Under the pieces are notes generated by a model. That model was given only the letters and a program-made list of their open reading frames with translations. It had not been told where the DNA came from and made no database searches. DNA of 61,253 nucleotides, counting the filler, from Diploschistes diacapsis (Eukaryota), in assembly GCA_023645945.1 (NCBI GenBank). It is 5 parts of 5 records of this genome, joined end to end, with 100 filler letters (N's around TTAATTAATTAA, not from the genome) between each part and the next. Parts side by side here need not be neighbours in the genome. Positions count along the whole stretch, not along the records: positions 24,592 to 36,777 come from JALAIB010000766.1; positions 36,878 to 49,022 come from JALAIB010000767.1; 3 more parts are not named here. One strand, 5' to 3'. Within the stretch, counting starts at the first letter, position 1, and each line of letters begins with the position of its first letter. Made by a program: the position numbers and the translations under genes. This document shows, piece after piece, positions 24,592-37,252 of this stretch.

Positions 24592-27500
24592 CACCTCCAC
24601 GCACCCCTCCACCAGCCTAGCCCAGCACTCTTTACTTCGATCCCTTTCTTCCTCCTCCCCTCCGGCGCCAACCCCCGCCAGCGTCGCCCTGTCCCCGACA
24701 ACAATCACCGCCGTCCTCGCCCTTGTCATGGCCACATTCAGCCTCCTCAGATCACTGAGAAAGCCCAGCTCGCAATGCACGTTGCACCGCACCGTGACGA
24801 AGATCACAATGTCCGCCTCGCGGCCCTGATAGCCGTCGATGCTCGAGACCTCGTGGTCTGGGAGCATGGCCTTTAGGAGCTCCTTCTGGCGCGTGTAGGG
24901 CGTTAGAATGGCGATTTGCGAGGGCTTGTACGCTGGAGCCGGAGCGGGAGCGGGCCGTGAGGGTTGAGCAGCGGCTGCTGCTGGCGCGGCGGAGAGAAGG
25001 GCGCAGATTTGCTGGCACAGCCTTGCTTGTCCCTGGTTGCTCTTGGACTGGTGGCCGATGTCTTCGGGTGCGGAGCAGGGATGGAAGATTCGCCGTGCGT
25101 TTGACGGCCAGGGGAACTGTGACGGGGTGAGCGGTCTCGCTTCGTCGGGGACTGCAGTTTTTAGATTCCCGTCGTAGAACTCTCTGGAGCTGAAGGCGCA
25201 GATGTCGGCGTGCATGCGATACTGGGTGTCCAGCATGACTTTCGCAACGCCGGGGCGCTCGGGCATGCCATAGTGTCTTTCGAACAGAGAGACGTCGTAA
25301 TCGACGACGGCGGCGGTCTTCTGTACCGTTGCTCGGAGCTGGACGTGGTCGCCTACGAAAACAGCGCGCTGACAGCCTTTGACAAGAGGGATGAGCGTCT
25401 CGGGCTCGGTCTGCTGGGAAGCCTCGTCGACGAGGACGACCTCGAATTTTTCTGGCCGTAGGAGGCCCAACCCGGCGCCGGTACAGGTCGTGAAGACCAG
25501 CCGGCTCTCTTTGACACGTTTCTGTGCTGCTGAACGTGCCGAGTGGTTCGAGTTGATGTCTTTCCCGACCATCGCGTCACATGTGTAGCTTCTCAGAGTG
25601 CTAGCAACTTTGCTCACCTGAACACCACTCAGCGTTACATTTCACGGTAGCTCTAGCCGCTCGGAGTAATGAACTGTGAAAAAGCAAGGGTCATGGTCAA
25701 CCAAGACTTACGCTTGTAGAAACTCTCAAGGGCTTGACGCCCGTCATCGCCACTCCATCTTCGCTGATGAACTTCTGCAGAATATTGTCGACAGCATTGT
25801 GCGTCGGCGCCGCTACCAGGACCCTCGCCTGCGGTAAGGTGTTGAGGAGCTGAGTCAAAATCGCAACAATGGTATGAGTCTTCCCTGTTCCAGGCGGACC
25901 CCACAAGAATGCCAGCGAGTTTCTCATCGCCGCCTCGAGCGCTCGATTCTGACTCTCATTGAGGCCTTCGTGCTCGGTATAGGGCAAAGCAGAATTGACA
26001 TGATCGCCTCCGGAACCGCCCTCAAGGCCTACAAGAGCACTAAACAAACGGCAGCTCAGGAACTTCTCAGTGTAAAAGGTCTTGAGTGCATCGAACATGG
26101 TTTTTGCAGTGACAAAGGAGCCGCAGTGGTACAGTTTCCAGGAACACTCCTTCAAGTATGGTGGAGGGCGGTGGATGCAGCGGAAATTGGCAGAGCCAAG
26201 GTCTGCTCGAAGCACAACAGCATCCATGGCAAAAAGCCGTGCAAGCGGCGCGTTCTGGGGCGGACTCGAGGCAACCAGACGAACGTGGTCTCCGGTTTTC
26301 AGAAGCTTTGTGAGAGGCGAGTCGAGCCGTATCGTAGCTTGGACAACCACGAAGCCGTCGCTCTCGCCGTCATGCGACAGGCGAAGTGACTCACCCGCCG
26401 ATTTCCGACTTTGTGCGGCTTCATCGACATGGTCCAATGCAACACCGATCAGGCTCCGAACGCATAGGCGTGTCGCTTCGGAGCGGCCGACCAGCAATCG
26501 GCTAGCTTCTGGCTCGATGACTTCAAGAAGCAGATCCAAAGCAGTCTCAGCATCGCGCACCGAGAGGGCGGCGAGTTCGGCAACGTTTGCCAGACTTTGC
26601 ACCGACATGAGACGAATCTCCCGAAGTAAGACCCGACAGGTACTACGAATAAAATTTTGCAGAGTATTCGCTCCCAGGATGAGAGCTTGCAACAGCGATT
26701 CGGCAATCCGATCAAAACGCGGTTGCAAGCTTTCCTTGTGCGACTCCCAGGTTTGAGACTGCAGGAAGAGATCTATCAGATATGGCGCATCAGGTAGTGC
26801 CTCCAAGAGGCAGCAAGCCAAGTCATCTTGGTTGACCAAACAGTCATTGCTTCTTTCCAAATCTAAGAGGCGACAATATACTTCACGGAGGAAAATTGCC
26901 TCATTGCATTCTTTAAGAATCTGAAGGAGCTCTTCGATATCTCGTAAAGAATCAACCTGTCGTAGTTTTGTGAGATTCCTTCTGCGAATAATCTCTGCTA
27001 GAATAGGAGTGTACTGTTTTAAGTCCAGATCCTTCAGCCGCGTAACCGTATATTCAACCGCCGTCCGCTCAAAGAGAGGGAGCACCTCTTCTGTGTCTAC
27101 GTAGCGCAGCCAAAGATCGAGAACTTGTAGCGACGCCGTGTCTCGGTTGCTGATGACATAGATCTCCTATAGAGATTGTTACCTTGCTTCGTTTTCGAGC
27201 AAGGGCATCGCTGATTATTAAGATTTCGAGACTTACTGCATTGAGAATGCCCGCCCTGTTCAGTCTCCCAACGTGCGTCTGAATAGCTTTGCTTATCTTT
27301 TGCAGCGCCACGCTTGCTCTGCAGTCGAAGTTGGGACCGTTGTCGATGGTCTGTTGCTTCGTCCTGCGTCGGTCGCCCGCGCTTTTGGTGTTTCGGTAGA
27401 GAGCATCATCCATTGGTCCCCGAGTCAAGAACACCCAGGTGTTAGCTCTTTTGCTTTCGTACAGCTGAAGAGTAGCTTCGTCGCAGTACAGTCGGTAGTT

Positions 27501-29990
27501 GACTTTTGTCGGTGCTACACAGTAACTGCACGACTGTGGCCCTTGTGAACGTGGCAGCGCAAAGACACGCACGGAACCGTCAACTTGGACTTCGCTCGCT
27601 CTTTCGATCCTTTGAGGGATGTATATCATCAACGTGAGGCGCTCGTCGACACGCAGGACGATAAGCTTCTTCTGGAATAGTTCAAGCGCCTGGCAAGCGG
27701 TTTGGAAGAATCTTCCCATTCTGTCCGTCGAAGAATCAAAAATGGGCCTCCAGTGCAGGCTGGAGTGATCTAGTTTGAAGCGACGGAGCTCTGCCGGATC
27801 CACAAGTTGCGACTGTAGCAAGCCGTTTCTTACCAGGCTGGGGTTCTCAGAGGAGGGTGGTAACCGGCTAAGCAACCAAGCTTGCTGGTCGTCGGACAAT
27901 TTACTGAAGTCGAAATAGCACATGAAGTCCTTGAAATCCACTTCGTGGTGGTTGCACCACTGGAGAGTTAATTGTACCAGCTCAAACTCCGAAGCCGCGA
28001 TGCTATCCTTACTCAAAAGGGTGTCTATCGTTTCAATGGGATAGTCGTTGTGATCGGAATCCATTTCCACGGCCAAAAGAATATGATCTTTTGCCGCTCG
28101 ATGTAGGTCGTCTAGGACGAATGCATCGCCCGAATCTTCAGGCTCTGGGGGGTCTTCCAAGTTGCTGGGAACTCTGATACGATTACCATCAACGCATTGG
28201 GAAAAGAGACGGTTGAGCTGTTGGCATTCCGAGCTCAAGGAGCCCTTGAGGCGTGCCCACTTAAGGTAGAGGTTCTTCACCCGTCCAAGAGAAGCATTCG
28301 TATACTTGGCAAAGTAGTCCGCTCGGTCATCGTCACTGATTGGCTTGAAAGCAATTGGCTCCTTGACCCCAGGGTATTCCGCAGGCTGAGATACCGTGCT
28401 GGGTATAATGTCTTTGTCCCAGGTGACGAAGACTGGACGTGCCTAGGCATGAGCTTCGACGCTTACCGGAGAGCAAGTTTGTACTCACACTTATCGCCAT
28501 CGAGGTCGCCCCCTGACATGAGATCGGCAGACGGCCTCTTTCCTTGTGTGGGAAATACAATGCAGTCGACAAGGTGCGAAAAGCCAGGGACGTCAACAGC
28601 ACGGAATTTCTGAAGATCTCCTGGATGCAGGCATGGATTGCGTGTAACAAGGACCTCCGTGTTGATGACCGTCCTCGGTTGGCCATCGCCATCATGCGTA
28701 AGGCGGACAAAGCAGCATCCTTCCTTGAGCAGACCGGGCCGTCCATGTTTGGCCGACGGGTCGCATATTCCAAAAAGCAACCGAGATTCCGGGATCAGGA
28801 TACGACACCGCTGCTCATCACGCTTGTTAAGCGTCTTGGCGAGCTCCTGCTTCACGAGACTCTGCATTGTCCGTCTGACTGCCTCGAAGCCCTCTAGCAG
28901 CAGCTTCTCAGCAACATCTAGACGATTACAAAACCCTAGAAAGCGGAATGCTTCCCGCAATTGTCCTTGCGTGACTTTTTGGAGAAAATGCAGATAGTCC
29001 GTTTGCTTCCGAAGGAGGGTTACGGTAGAGATCCCAAGAGAGTGTAAAAGCAGGACAACTTCATCGTTCAAAAATCCAAAAGCGTATGGCTAGCTAGTCA
29101 GTCGGTGCACACACAGGGAACTGGTGGCTCAAACTCTCACTTACTTTGGAAAAGTCCACCACGGACAGTGTCAGATCCTTCGCATCCTGGAACTTTCTCA
29201 TCGACTTTCTGAACTGAACTGCAATCTTGCCGTTGAGGGAGGGCTCGAGTGTCAAGACCCCCTTGTACCCACGATAACGAATCTGGAACACGGTCGGCAG
29301 ATATCTCTTGTTGCGGTAGGCAATGTGCTGACGCTTTGTGAGCTCCATCGCCAACGTTTTCGAGATGAGCCCGCAGCCATCCGTAAAGTTGTAATCGCCG
29401 CGCTCAACGTCCTCGATATCCTCACAGCGTTCAGGAGAGACCGTGACTCCCATTTCAGTGCTGGAGAACAAAAGTCCAATCCGCTTGGCCTTTTTCCCTA
29501 CAGACTTCAGCTTTGAAAAGTCCCCCATGGATTCAATCTTCTTCGATATTTCGGCTTTGGAAGCCGCATAGAGAAAGCAGGATCGCGACTTGAGTTGACT
29601 GTTGCTGTGACCAAAGAAGTGATATTGCACTTGGTTGATGCCAATGCCCGTTTTAAGCAGTCTCGCAACATACTCAGCAGATTCCCGTGCGGCACCAGCT
29701 TGGGGAGTCCTTCCGGGCGAGGAAGACTCGAGTCTGAAACCTTCCACGGAGAGCAAGATGAATCGATCAAGTGACTCGGACCAAGTCACCCTGTTCGAAG
29801 GAGCATCAACAAAGCGTAAAGAAATGCTGGGTCGAGCGGACTTCCGGTGAAATAGTGTGATGGACTTAACCAGCCTTGCTTGATTGGTGGCTTGAGCATT
29901 AGGAAGATGTGGCACATTGTATGACCATTCTTCATCTTCCAAGGCTACATGTTCCTGGAGATTGACGACGAATGACTTGAGTCCACTCAT
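24592..29990 (-). CDS. RNA-dependent RNA polymerase - Upf1-like SF1 helicase fusion (at least ~1708 aa, 5 exons; stop codon lost in gap)
   Basis: Exons 29990-29145, 29089-28489, 28432-27237, 27166-25712 and 25617-24592 splice in frame via GT-AG introns. RdRP motifs: FTDGCGLIS, FQIRYRGYKG, VTRNPCLHPGD, SGGDLDGDKFFVTWD. Helicase motifs: GPPGTGKT, AAPTHNAVDN, VDEASQ, VGDHVQL, SLFER, QYRMH, IDGYQGREAD, RRLNVAMTRAR. Confidence 0.92.
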
Positions 29991-30188
29991 CGTGACGGAT
30001 AGGGTCAGTATTCGAAGTCAACGCAATGGTCAAAAGATACCTATCAGAACAGCTTTTGCTGATAAGACAGGCATATGCAGCCACGTGCGGGGTTAGCAGT
30101 TCATTGGACTTTGGACTTCTCTAGGGACTCTGCAGCAATCAGGAATTCATTCAATGCAGCAAGGGGCGGCCTTAGTCAACTCAGAGGA
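29991..30188. promoter_or_regulatory. Putative bidirectional promoter (198 bp)
   Basis: Short spacer between the divergent start codons at 29990 and 30189; inferred from geometry only. Confidence 0.5.
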
Positions 30189-30830
30189 ATGAAAAACATA
30201 TACATCACGGGCGCCCAGTCGACGGGCAAAACCACAATAGTCGACGCCCTGGAGGAGATATTTTGTTCATGCAGCAATGCCATTGCATGTGAGAATGAGA
30301 CAACAAAGCCTATCATCATCCGAGAAGTCGCACGGAACGTGCTAAGAACCTACAACTTCACTCGCGATGATATTACATCGTCCGCCTCCCGAGCACTTCA
30401 GCTGCAGCAACACATCCTAAAAGCTCAATTCGAGGCCGAAGAATCCGCATCCTGCCAATCGCCAAGCTCCTGGTACATCACAGATCGGTCTGGCATGGAC
30501 CCCATTGTGTATGCGTCAGTCTTCGTCGGACAAGCAGCTGCGCAGGAGCTGCTAGCTTCCGCACAATGGCATGAGCTCGAGCGCAGAATGAAAGAAGGCA
30601 TCGTATTCCTCTGCGAGGCTGGGACTCGATGGCTGGTCGATGACGGGACGAGGCTGATGCCAAACAACGAGGAGCAATGGATGGAAATGGATCAAACCTT
30701 TCGTCAGCTGCTCGAAGCTAGACAGATAGACTACATTGTTATCCCAAAGCAGTTGTACGAGATCGGCGGACGAGTAAGGCTTGTTACGGAAACCATCAGT
30801 CGGATGAAAGGCGGGATAGCTTTGATATAA
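30189..30830 (+). CDS. NadR-type / AAA_28-like P-loop nucleotide kinase-family protein (213 aa, intronless)
   Basis: N-terminal Walker A IYITGAQSTGKTT, then EVARNVL, WYITDRSGMDPIVYA (DR motif) and LVDDGTR. Start at 30189 is preferred over the upstream in-frame ATG at 30075. Confidence 0.8.
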   Translation: MKNIYITGAQSTGKTTIVDALEEIFCSCSNAIACENETTKPIIIREVARNVLRTYNFTRDDITSSASRALQLQQHILKAQFEAEESASCQSPSSWYITDRSGMDPIVYASVFVGQAAAQELLASAQWHELERRMKEGIVFLCEAGTRWLVDDGTRLMPNNEEQWMEMDQTFRQLLEARQIDYIVIPKQLYEIGGRVRLVTETISRMKGGIALI

Positions 30831-31265
30831 GGCTCTCCTAAAAGGCTGATCAAGGAAAAGAGATACTGAGTTGCTTTGGCGATGAATATCTTGAAAGACT
30901 TTTAAGCTTGAACTTTGAAGCTTCCGCCTGGGGGGCAGGGCTTGGAACTCGCCTTGATTTAGTATCTAGTTGTACCAGACACCAAAATTTCGCAGGGACA
31001 TCGGAGTTAAGTCTCCGGTCTCCGATTCAGGGGAGCAAGACCAAAAGTGTTTGGCAAGTATCTTAAACAGTTTGCGCAATGTTAAAGTTGTAGATGAATT
31101 TTGAATCTTCGTGATGAACCATAACCGCACACCTGTGACCCGCAAGAAATACCTCTGTCCTCCAGCGCCACGCAAGTAATGCTCCCGAAACCTTCCAAAT
31201 GCCGCCGTCCATGCAATTCCTCCTTTCCCACAAATCTACCAGCACTCACCTTAACCCTTTCCGTC

Positions 31266-33136
31266 TTATCGCCGATTCTCTCTCCCCTCGCCCTCGCCCT
31301 CGCCCTCAACCAACGTTTCCTCTTCTTCTTCGTTACCGCCCTCGTCACTTCCACCCACCCCATCGCTCCACCCCTCAGCTTCAAGTCCACCCCCCGTGAT
31401 GCCGAAACTAGCGAGAAAGCCGAGGAAAGCGATACCTCCGAACACACCAAACGCTAGCGCTTCGCCCTTGGGCTTGACGTGCGTGGCTAGAGAGAAGAGA
31501 CCGCCCGACACGAAGGGGCCGATGGCGCGGCCAGCGGCGGAGAGCGTTTGGGCGAGACCGTTGAGAGTGCCGAGGACGGAGGGGGTAGGGGCGGAGTTTG
31601 TTATCTGTTTGTCATTAGCGCTCATTGTGTACGATTTCCTCTTGTAGTGGGAAGAGGATATAAAGCAGGGCAAGCCCATACAAGTAACAGCGCACTAGTC
31701 AGGCCCCCGACCGTCGCCACTGTCTTCACTAGCAGCACGGCCGCGAGTTCCGCCCATAGCCATGCTTTGCTCCCGTGACTAATGCCCAGTCCCTCGTTGG
31801 GTTCTTTGTATCCAACGAACGGCGTCACGATAAAAGCCAGCACGAACCCGCCCAGCCCGACCCTATACGTAACCTTGTTGCCCAGCTTCCCCCTTAGCTT
31901 GCCGAAGACGCCAACTTGGAAGGCTATGGTGACGAGGCCGGCAAAGGAGATCGAAAGGCCGATTTCTTCAGGCGAGAGGGAACGACCGTTTGGGGGATCG
32001 GCTTGGGCGAAGATGGGGTAAAGTGAGTTGTAGGAGATGCTTGAGAGTTGAAAGACGAGATATGTGGAGAGGAGCAGAATGGTGTCGCGGTTGAAGATGT
32101 GTCTGGATTCGAGGTCGGTCGTGTGCTCAGGGAGGAAGGCGGGGAGCGAGTGGGCGGAGGAGTCGGAGGAAGAAGCGGCATCGTTGCCATCGTCACCATC
32201 GTCCTCAAGTAGGGGTGAATTCACGTCTGAGTTATTGAATTTATTATGAGGGTGCGGGTGCCGTAGGTAGCTGGGCCGGCCAGAGCTGGCAAACTGCCAG
32301 ACCCAGCTGAAGAGGCTGACGACGCGTCGGCCGAGGGGTGGGAGATTGCGGGCTTCTTCCAAAGACTCTTCCATGAAGATCATTGTGAAGATGAGATCTA
32401 AAATGAGGAGGCAGGAGGAGAAGAGATTTGGTGCGAGATAGGGGTATGTGGCGAACCCGCGACCGACAAGGAGGCCTCCGAGCAGAGGGCCGGTGATTCC
32501 GCCAATACCATAGATCACGGGAAGGTACGCAAATGCCTTGGATTGGTTGCTTCGATCTGTAAGTTCGCCCAAGCAGGTGGATACGACTCCTTGATTGCCG
32601 TTCAACAGGCCCATGAATGCCTGCGCTACCATGGCCTGCCACAGCGTCCGGGAGAATCCAAATGCCAGGAGGCTCGCAGCTGTGAACAGTGTCCCCAATA
32701 ATATCACCGGCTTCCGTCCTACCCTGTCGGAGAGCCATCCCCAGAAGAAATTCGTAGCAAATTGGGCGAGTGCGAAGGAAGACGCTATTAGACCGACATA
32801 CAGCCCTACCTGCCCCTCGTCTACCTCTGGAAAGGTAGACGCCATTTGAGGCAGGTAAGGGCTGATGGAGTTCAAAGCCGTCTGCTCACATAGTGCAATG
32901 ACCGCAAGCGCTGCCAGCTGCTTCTTGGGCAGCGGAGACTCTACCGAGTTCTCGGATGCATGTCGTGAATGGCCAACTCCACCTCCACCTGCTCCCCCTC
33001 TCCCATTGTTGTAGTATGAGGGCGAGTGGGAAAGTGGTTGGCCTTTGTTTGTGGGCGGTTTAGTAGGAAAGGTTTGGTAATGGGGTGTCGTAGAGGATTT
33101 CCTGCGGCCTTTTGGCCTTGGCCGTGAGAAGAGCAT
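31266..33136 (-). CDS. MFS transporter (DHA1/ZIFL-like), 2 exons
   Basis: MFS motif A WGWLSDRVGRKPV, multiple TM segments, and GTLNGLAQTLSAAGRAIGP; intron 31681-31605. Confidence 0.88.
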
Positions 33137-33780
33137 CACGGCAATGCAGGAGGCAGAAAGGCGATGAGACGGAGAGTTGTAGTAGCTCCCGTGGAGCTCG
33201 GGTGTTGCGCGGGATGACGACTTTAGCTTTGATATTCGGTGGGCTGGGGGAAACAATGCACCAATTACAAGAAAAGACCTGGCCTAAGGAATCTAAAAGT
33301 ACTGATGCATTGTTCTCAAGCTAGTCAAAATCGAACAAACGTTACAGTAAAAAGAATCGTCGTTCGCTCTTACCGCCGTCGCCGTCGGTGCCTATTATTC
33401 ACAATGTCCGGTAGAGGGAGCTCCTAGCATATCGGCACGCTTTGCGATCAAAATAACAAGATTACGAGGTACCCAATGCCTCGGTATAACAATCTGAAGA
33501 GTCTGCCACTTCATAAACGGGGCGTTGAGTGACGAGACAATCTGTGCGGGAATGTCTGCGTACAGAGATCAAGCAATGCTACAGGAACCACAACGCCTAG
33601 AAACACACATATTGAGCAATGAGTTGGTTCTAATATTACCCAGAATGCACAACGGTGTGGCATAGCTATCAGCGGATTCGTGGCCATACATGTCTGGCTG
33701 TACAGAGCCTGTTATATCGGCTTCTTCCAAATCTTGTTCCATCATTTCGCCATAAACCCCAAACCCCCCCTCCCATCATT

Positions 33781-36097
33781 TTAGTGCATAACGACAGCCA
33801 CATGATCGTCCATGAACTTTGTAATATCTTCGAGGAAGCACGCCGCGATTATCGAGATGGCTCCAAACGCAATACTGACGTAGTACACGTACTTGTAGCT
33901 CTCTGCGTAGGTGATCTGGCCCGCAGCGACAACAATATCGTATGCAGTCTGGTTGCCGGCGATGCCCGGAATCAGGTTCAGATCCTCCAGCAACGCAGCG
34001 CCGGTGAGTGTGATCGCATCGGTAATGTAGGTGAGATTGTGGATTTGCAAGTCCTCAATCATAGCACCACCAATGTAAAACTCTGCATTGGAAATAAACT
34101 TGCTGTAGAAGACGTTGTAGTAGATGCAGTAACCGATACTTCCACCAAGCACACGGATGGCCAGGGTTAGCGCGGCAACGGTGGCGATCAAATCGTCGGG
34201 GCAGATAATCGTTGAGATAATGGATGCAGGAACGACGATGCCGCCGATGCCCAGGCCGGCAAGAACGAGAATACCCCAGACCTGGTAGATGTTGTTCACG
34301 TCCGCAACGGCCATGGCGCCGCATCCGGCCGTCATGAGGATGGATGAGACGATCATGAGCTCCTTGTTGTGCCCCCTGAAAACGGATAGCAGCCAAAGTA
34401 CGATGCAGGCGCCAGCCAGGATGGAAAAGCCTACCGGGAGACCGCGGAGGCCGACGCCGACGGGATCGTGCCCGTAAACGTTGAAGGCCTGGGTAGGCCA
34501 GAACATCAGGATCGAGAAGAAATTTGCGCCAGAGATGAAAGTGATGATGAGCGTGAGGATGAGGGTACGCGGAGCTTGCTTAAGACGGCCGGGGAACATG
34601 GGAAATTTCGCAAATCTCAATTCCCAGACGACGAATGCGACAATGAAGGCTGCACCAATAAATAGAGGCGCAAGGACGTGGGCGGAAGTCCAGGCATACT
34701 ACAGGCAGGCGAGTTAGAAGAGGGCGCGTGCAACCGGAGATGCCGGGAGTGTGCTTACCATGTAGCCGCCCCATTGCATGGCGCACATGAAGAGAATTAA
34801 GCCGACTATACTCAGGAAGCCACCGACGTAATCTATCCGAGCAAGGAGCTCGCTGCGCGTCAGGCCGGATGAGTTGACCCTAGGAGGAGGGAAGTAGAAA
34901 ATTAGAGTGAGAAGGAAGCCAACGGCGGCCCAGACGCCGCAAAGAAGACCGATATACCTCCATCCGGCGTTCGAGGCGATCAGCTGGCCCCAAAGAACGG
35001 ACGGGGAGAACGGGATGATGGTAAAGATCAGCACTGCCACATATTTGCCACGCTTGCTCGTTGGCGCCATTTCGGAGGTTGCAGCAAGAGCCGTAAGTTC
35101 GTTGATTCCTGCACCTGCTCCTGCGATAGCCATACCGGCTAGATGGGAATTAGCGATTGGTTTATATGGGCCGACCATGGCCAACGAGATACTGTGAAAT
35201 GGAGACAAGCAGAGAGAAGTCACGGTTGGACCTTTATGGCATGCTGTTGCAGACAGAACCAGGGAGCTTCTGGATTCTGGAGGATACATATTTGCTTTAG
35301 TCGCCAGACAAGTCCAGGTTGCGCTTACAGTGACATTTCGGGGTGTTGTAGCACGAGCTGCAGCAAAAGCCGCGGTAGAGCAAGCAGAATCAACTGAACA
35401 ATAAAGTTGCTTACCAATGAAGTTGTTCATGTCATTGGCAGTCGACGACACGATCATTCCGATAATAAGCAAGGAGGCCCCAAGCAGCGCAACGTATCGC
35501 CGGCCAAGGAGATCGGACAGGGATCCCACAAAGGGGCACACGGCGGCAAGCGCAAGAAGATTTGCAAGGATCTGAGGGTTGATCAACCGGGAGATCTTGC
35601 TTTAATCAACGGCGTGATATACGTACGAACCAGATCCACCTATCAGCGCCTCCAATGTCCGAGTAGATATAGGGCGGTATGCCGCCAAAGAGATAAATTG
35701 GGATTTGAGATCCAGTCCAAAGGAGAGCCATGGCTACTAATGACATCAGGCGCCTCATAGACATCTGCAAGGATGTTAGCAAGAGGTTCCTTGTTTCGTT
35801 GTACTATTCGGGAGTGTCTCGCTCGACACAGAACGATGGCTCTGGGATGCAAGAAATGACCAGAAGTTCCGAAGTGAGAATGTCAAGCAGGAAATGATGG
35901 TGTGAGGATGCCAAGCTCACCTTGGGTTCATGGTCATGATCTTCGTTATCGCCATATGTTCGTAGACCGTCTTTCTCATAATAATGAGTCTGGCCCGGAA
36001 GCCGCTCATTCGTATGTATAGGCTGGAGATGTGTCGATGGTTCCTTCTCATTCACGTGAACATCCGCCGACTGAAAGGAGGTTGTCGAGAGCGCCAT
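33781..36097 (-). CDS. MFS efflux pump, fungal trichothecene-efflux (TRI12)-family-like, multi-exon
   Basis: RTYGDNEDHDHEPK|MSMRRLMSLVAMALLWTGSQIP.., GSLSDLLGRRY, GAGAGINELTALAATSEMAP and RIDYVGGFLS. Introns after 35921, ~35627, ~35415 and ~34759. Confidence 0.85.
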
Positions 36098-36777
36098 ATT
36101 TGTTTTCGCCGTCAAGAGATATACAGAGATAGAGAGAAGCTGCGCTGTCGCACAGAAGAGCGATCAAGTGGACTAAGAGAGACTAAAAGAAGAGAAGGAG
36201 ATAAACGGAAAGACTGATCGAAGTCCTCAGTCGACACTGCACCCACTGGGCGGCAAGGAACTGACTCTCTGTGCCTACGGATTCAGAATTGAAGGTAGTA
36301 AAGAGAACAGGGAGAAAGGAAATGGGTACGATGATGTGCAACATGGGGGGGTATATTAAGTTGGACCCATGGCGGGCAGTACTATTACTAGTAGTAGATA
36401 GCCCAGTAGCAGCAGTAGCGCATCAAGGCATGCAAGGACCAACTGCACTCACTCACTGGAGGCCGGCGAGACCGATAGGGGACCAAGGGTGGTTGTGGGC
36501 GTCTACTTGGAAAGTGTGCAAGGTTGTAGAGTGTAAAAGTGTAAAGTGGCTCGCTAGTGTTCAATATATTTTATTCAATAATAAAAAACATTATAGAATA
36601 GTCGGCTTATTAATGCATGGAATGGCGGCATATTCCATAACGTGTTTCCCCATGAAACGGAACACCCCACGAAGCGGAACACTACATTATAATGTAATTG
36701 CGCTAGATCGAGCGCTTCCATATTTGTACGAAGCTAAATCTGTTTTCAACTACACTACCCCGTTCTTCGGCCTTTTT

Positions 36778-36877
36778 NNNNNNNNNNNNNNNNNNNNNNN
36801 NNNNNNNNNNNNNNNNNNNNNTTAATTAATTAANNNNNNNNNNNNNNNNNNNNNNNNNNNNNNNNNNNNNNNNNNNN
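36778..36877. other. Artificial contig linker
   Basis: N44-TTAATTAATTAA-N44. Confidence 0.97.
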
Positions 36878-37252
36878 GAGGGTGGAGATGAGGTGGGAGG
36901 TTAGAGCGAGGGTTGAGGTTATCGTTTTTTGAAGGGTGAGGTTCTGTGAATGGGAAGGGGAGGAAGAGGGAGAAGCCATGTTGGATGTTGGAGGAGTGCT
37001 AGTTGAATGGCGTTTGAGAAGGAGTAATAGGCTAAGGTTGGTTTTGATATTTCTTGACTAGAATATTTACCCATTGGGGCGAATTACCCCTGCGCTAAGG
37101 GCTCGCTAATGAAGCCGCTGGGGCTATTCCCCAAGCAGCTTTGTGGGAGGAGGATATGAAGGTCTCCTCAACCTCCTCGGCAGCCTGCTTGCATGGTTCC
37201 ATGAAGCAGTACACAGGATCTTGCATTCCATACATATTTGGTGTTCAAAGCC

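Noticed and set aside
23724..25617. MED18 linked to the RdRP-helicase gene
   Set aside because: They are separated by an artificial linker and lie on different contigs.
24592..29990. Endogenous viral RdRP/helicase, or UPF1 ortholog
   Set aside because: It has spliceosomal introns and the cellular DLDGD motif rather than viral GDD; there is no N-terminal Upf1 CH zinc-binding domain.
31266..36097. Secondary-metabolite cluster, or membership of the two MFS genes in the RdRP module
   Set aside because: No biosynthetic genes lie on the contig; both look like ordinary conserved transporters and only proximity links them.
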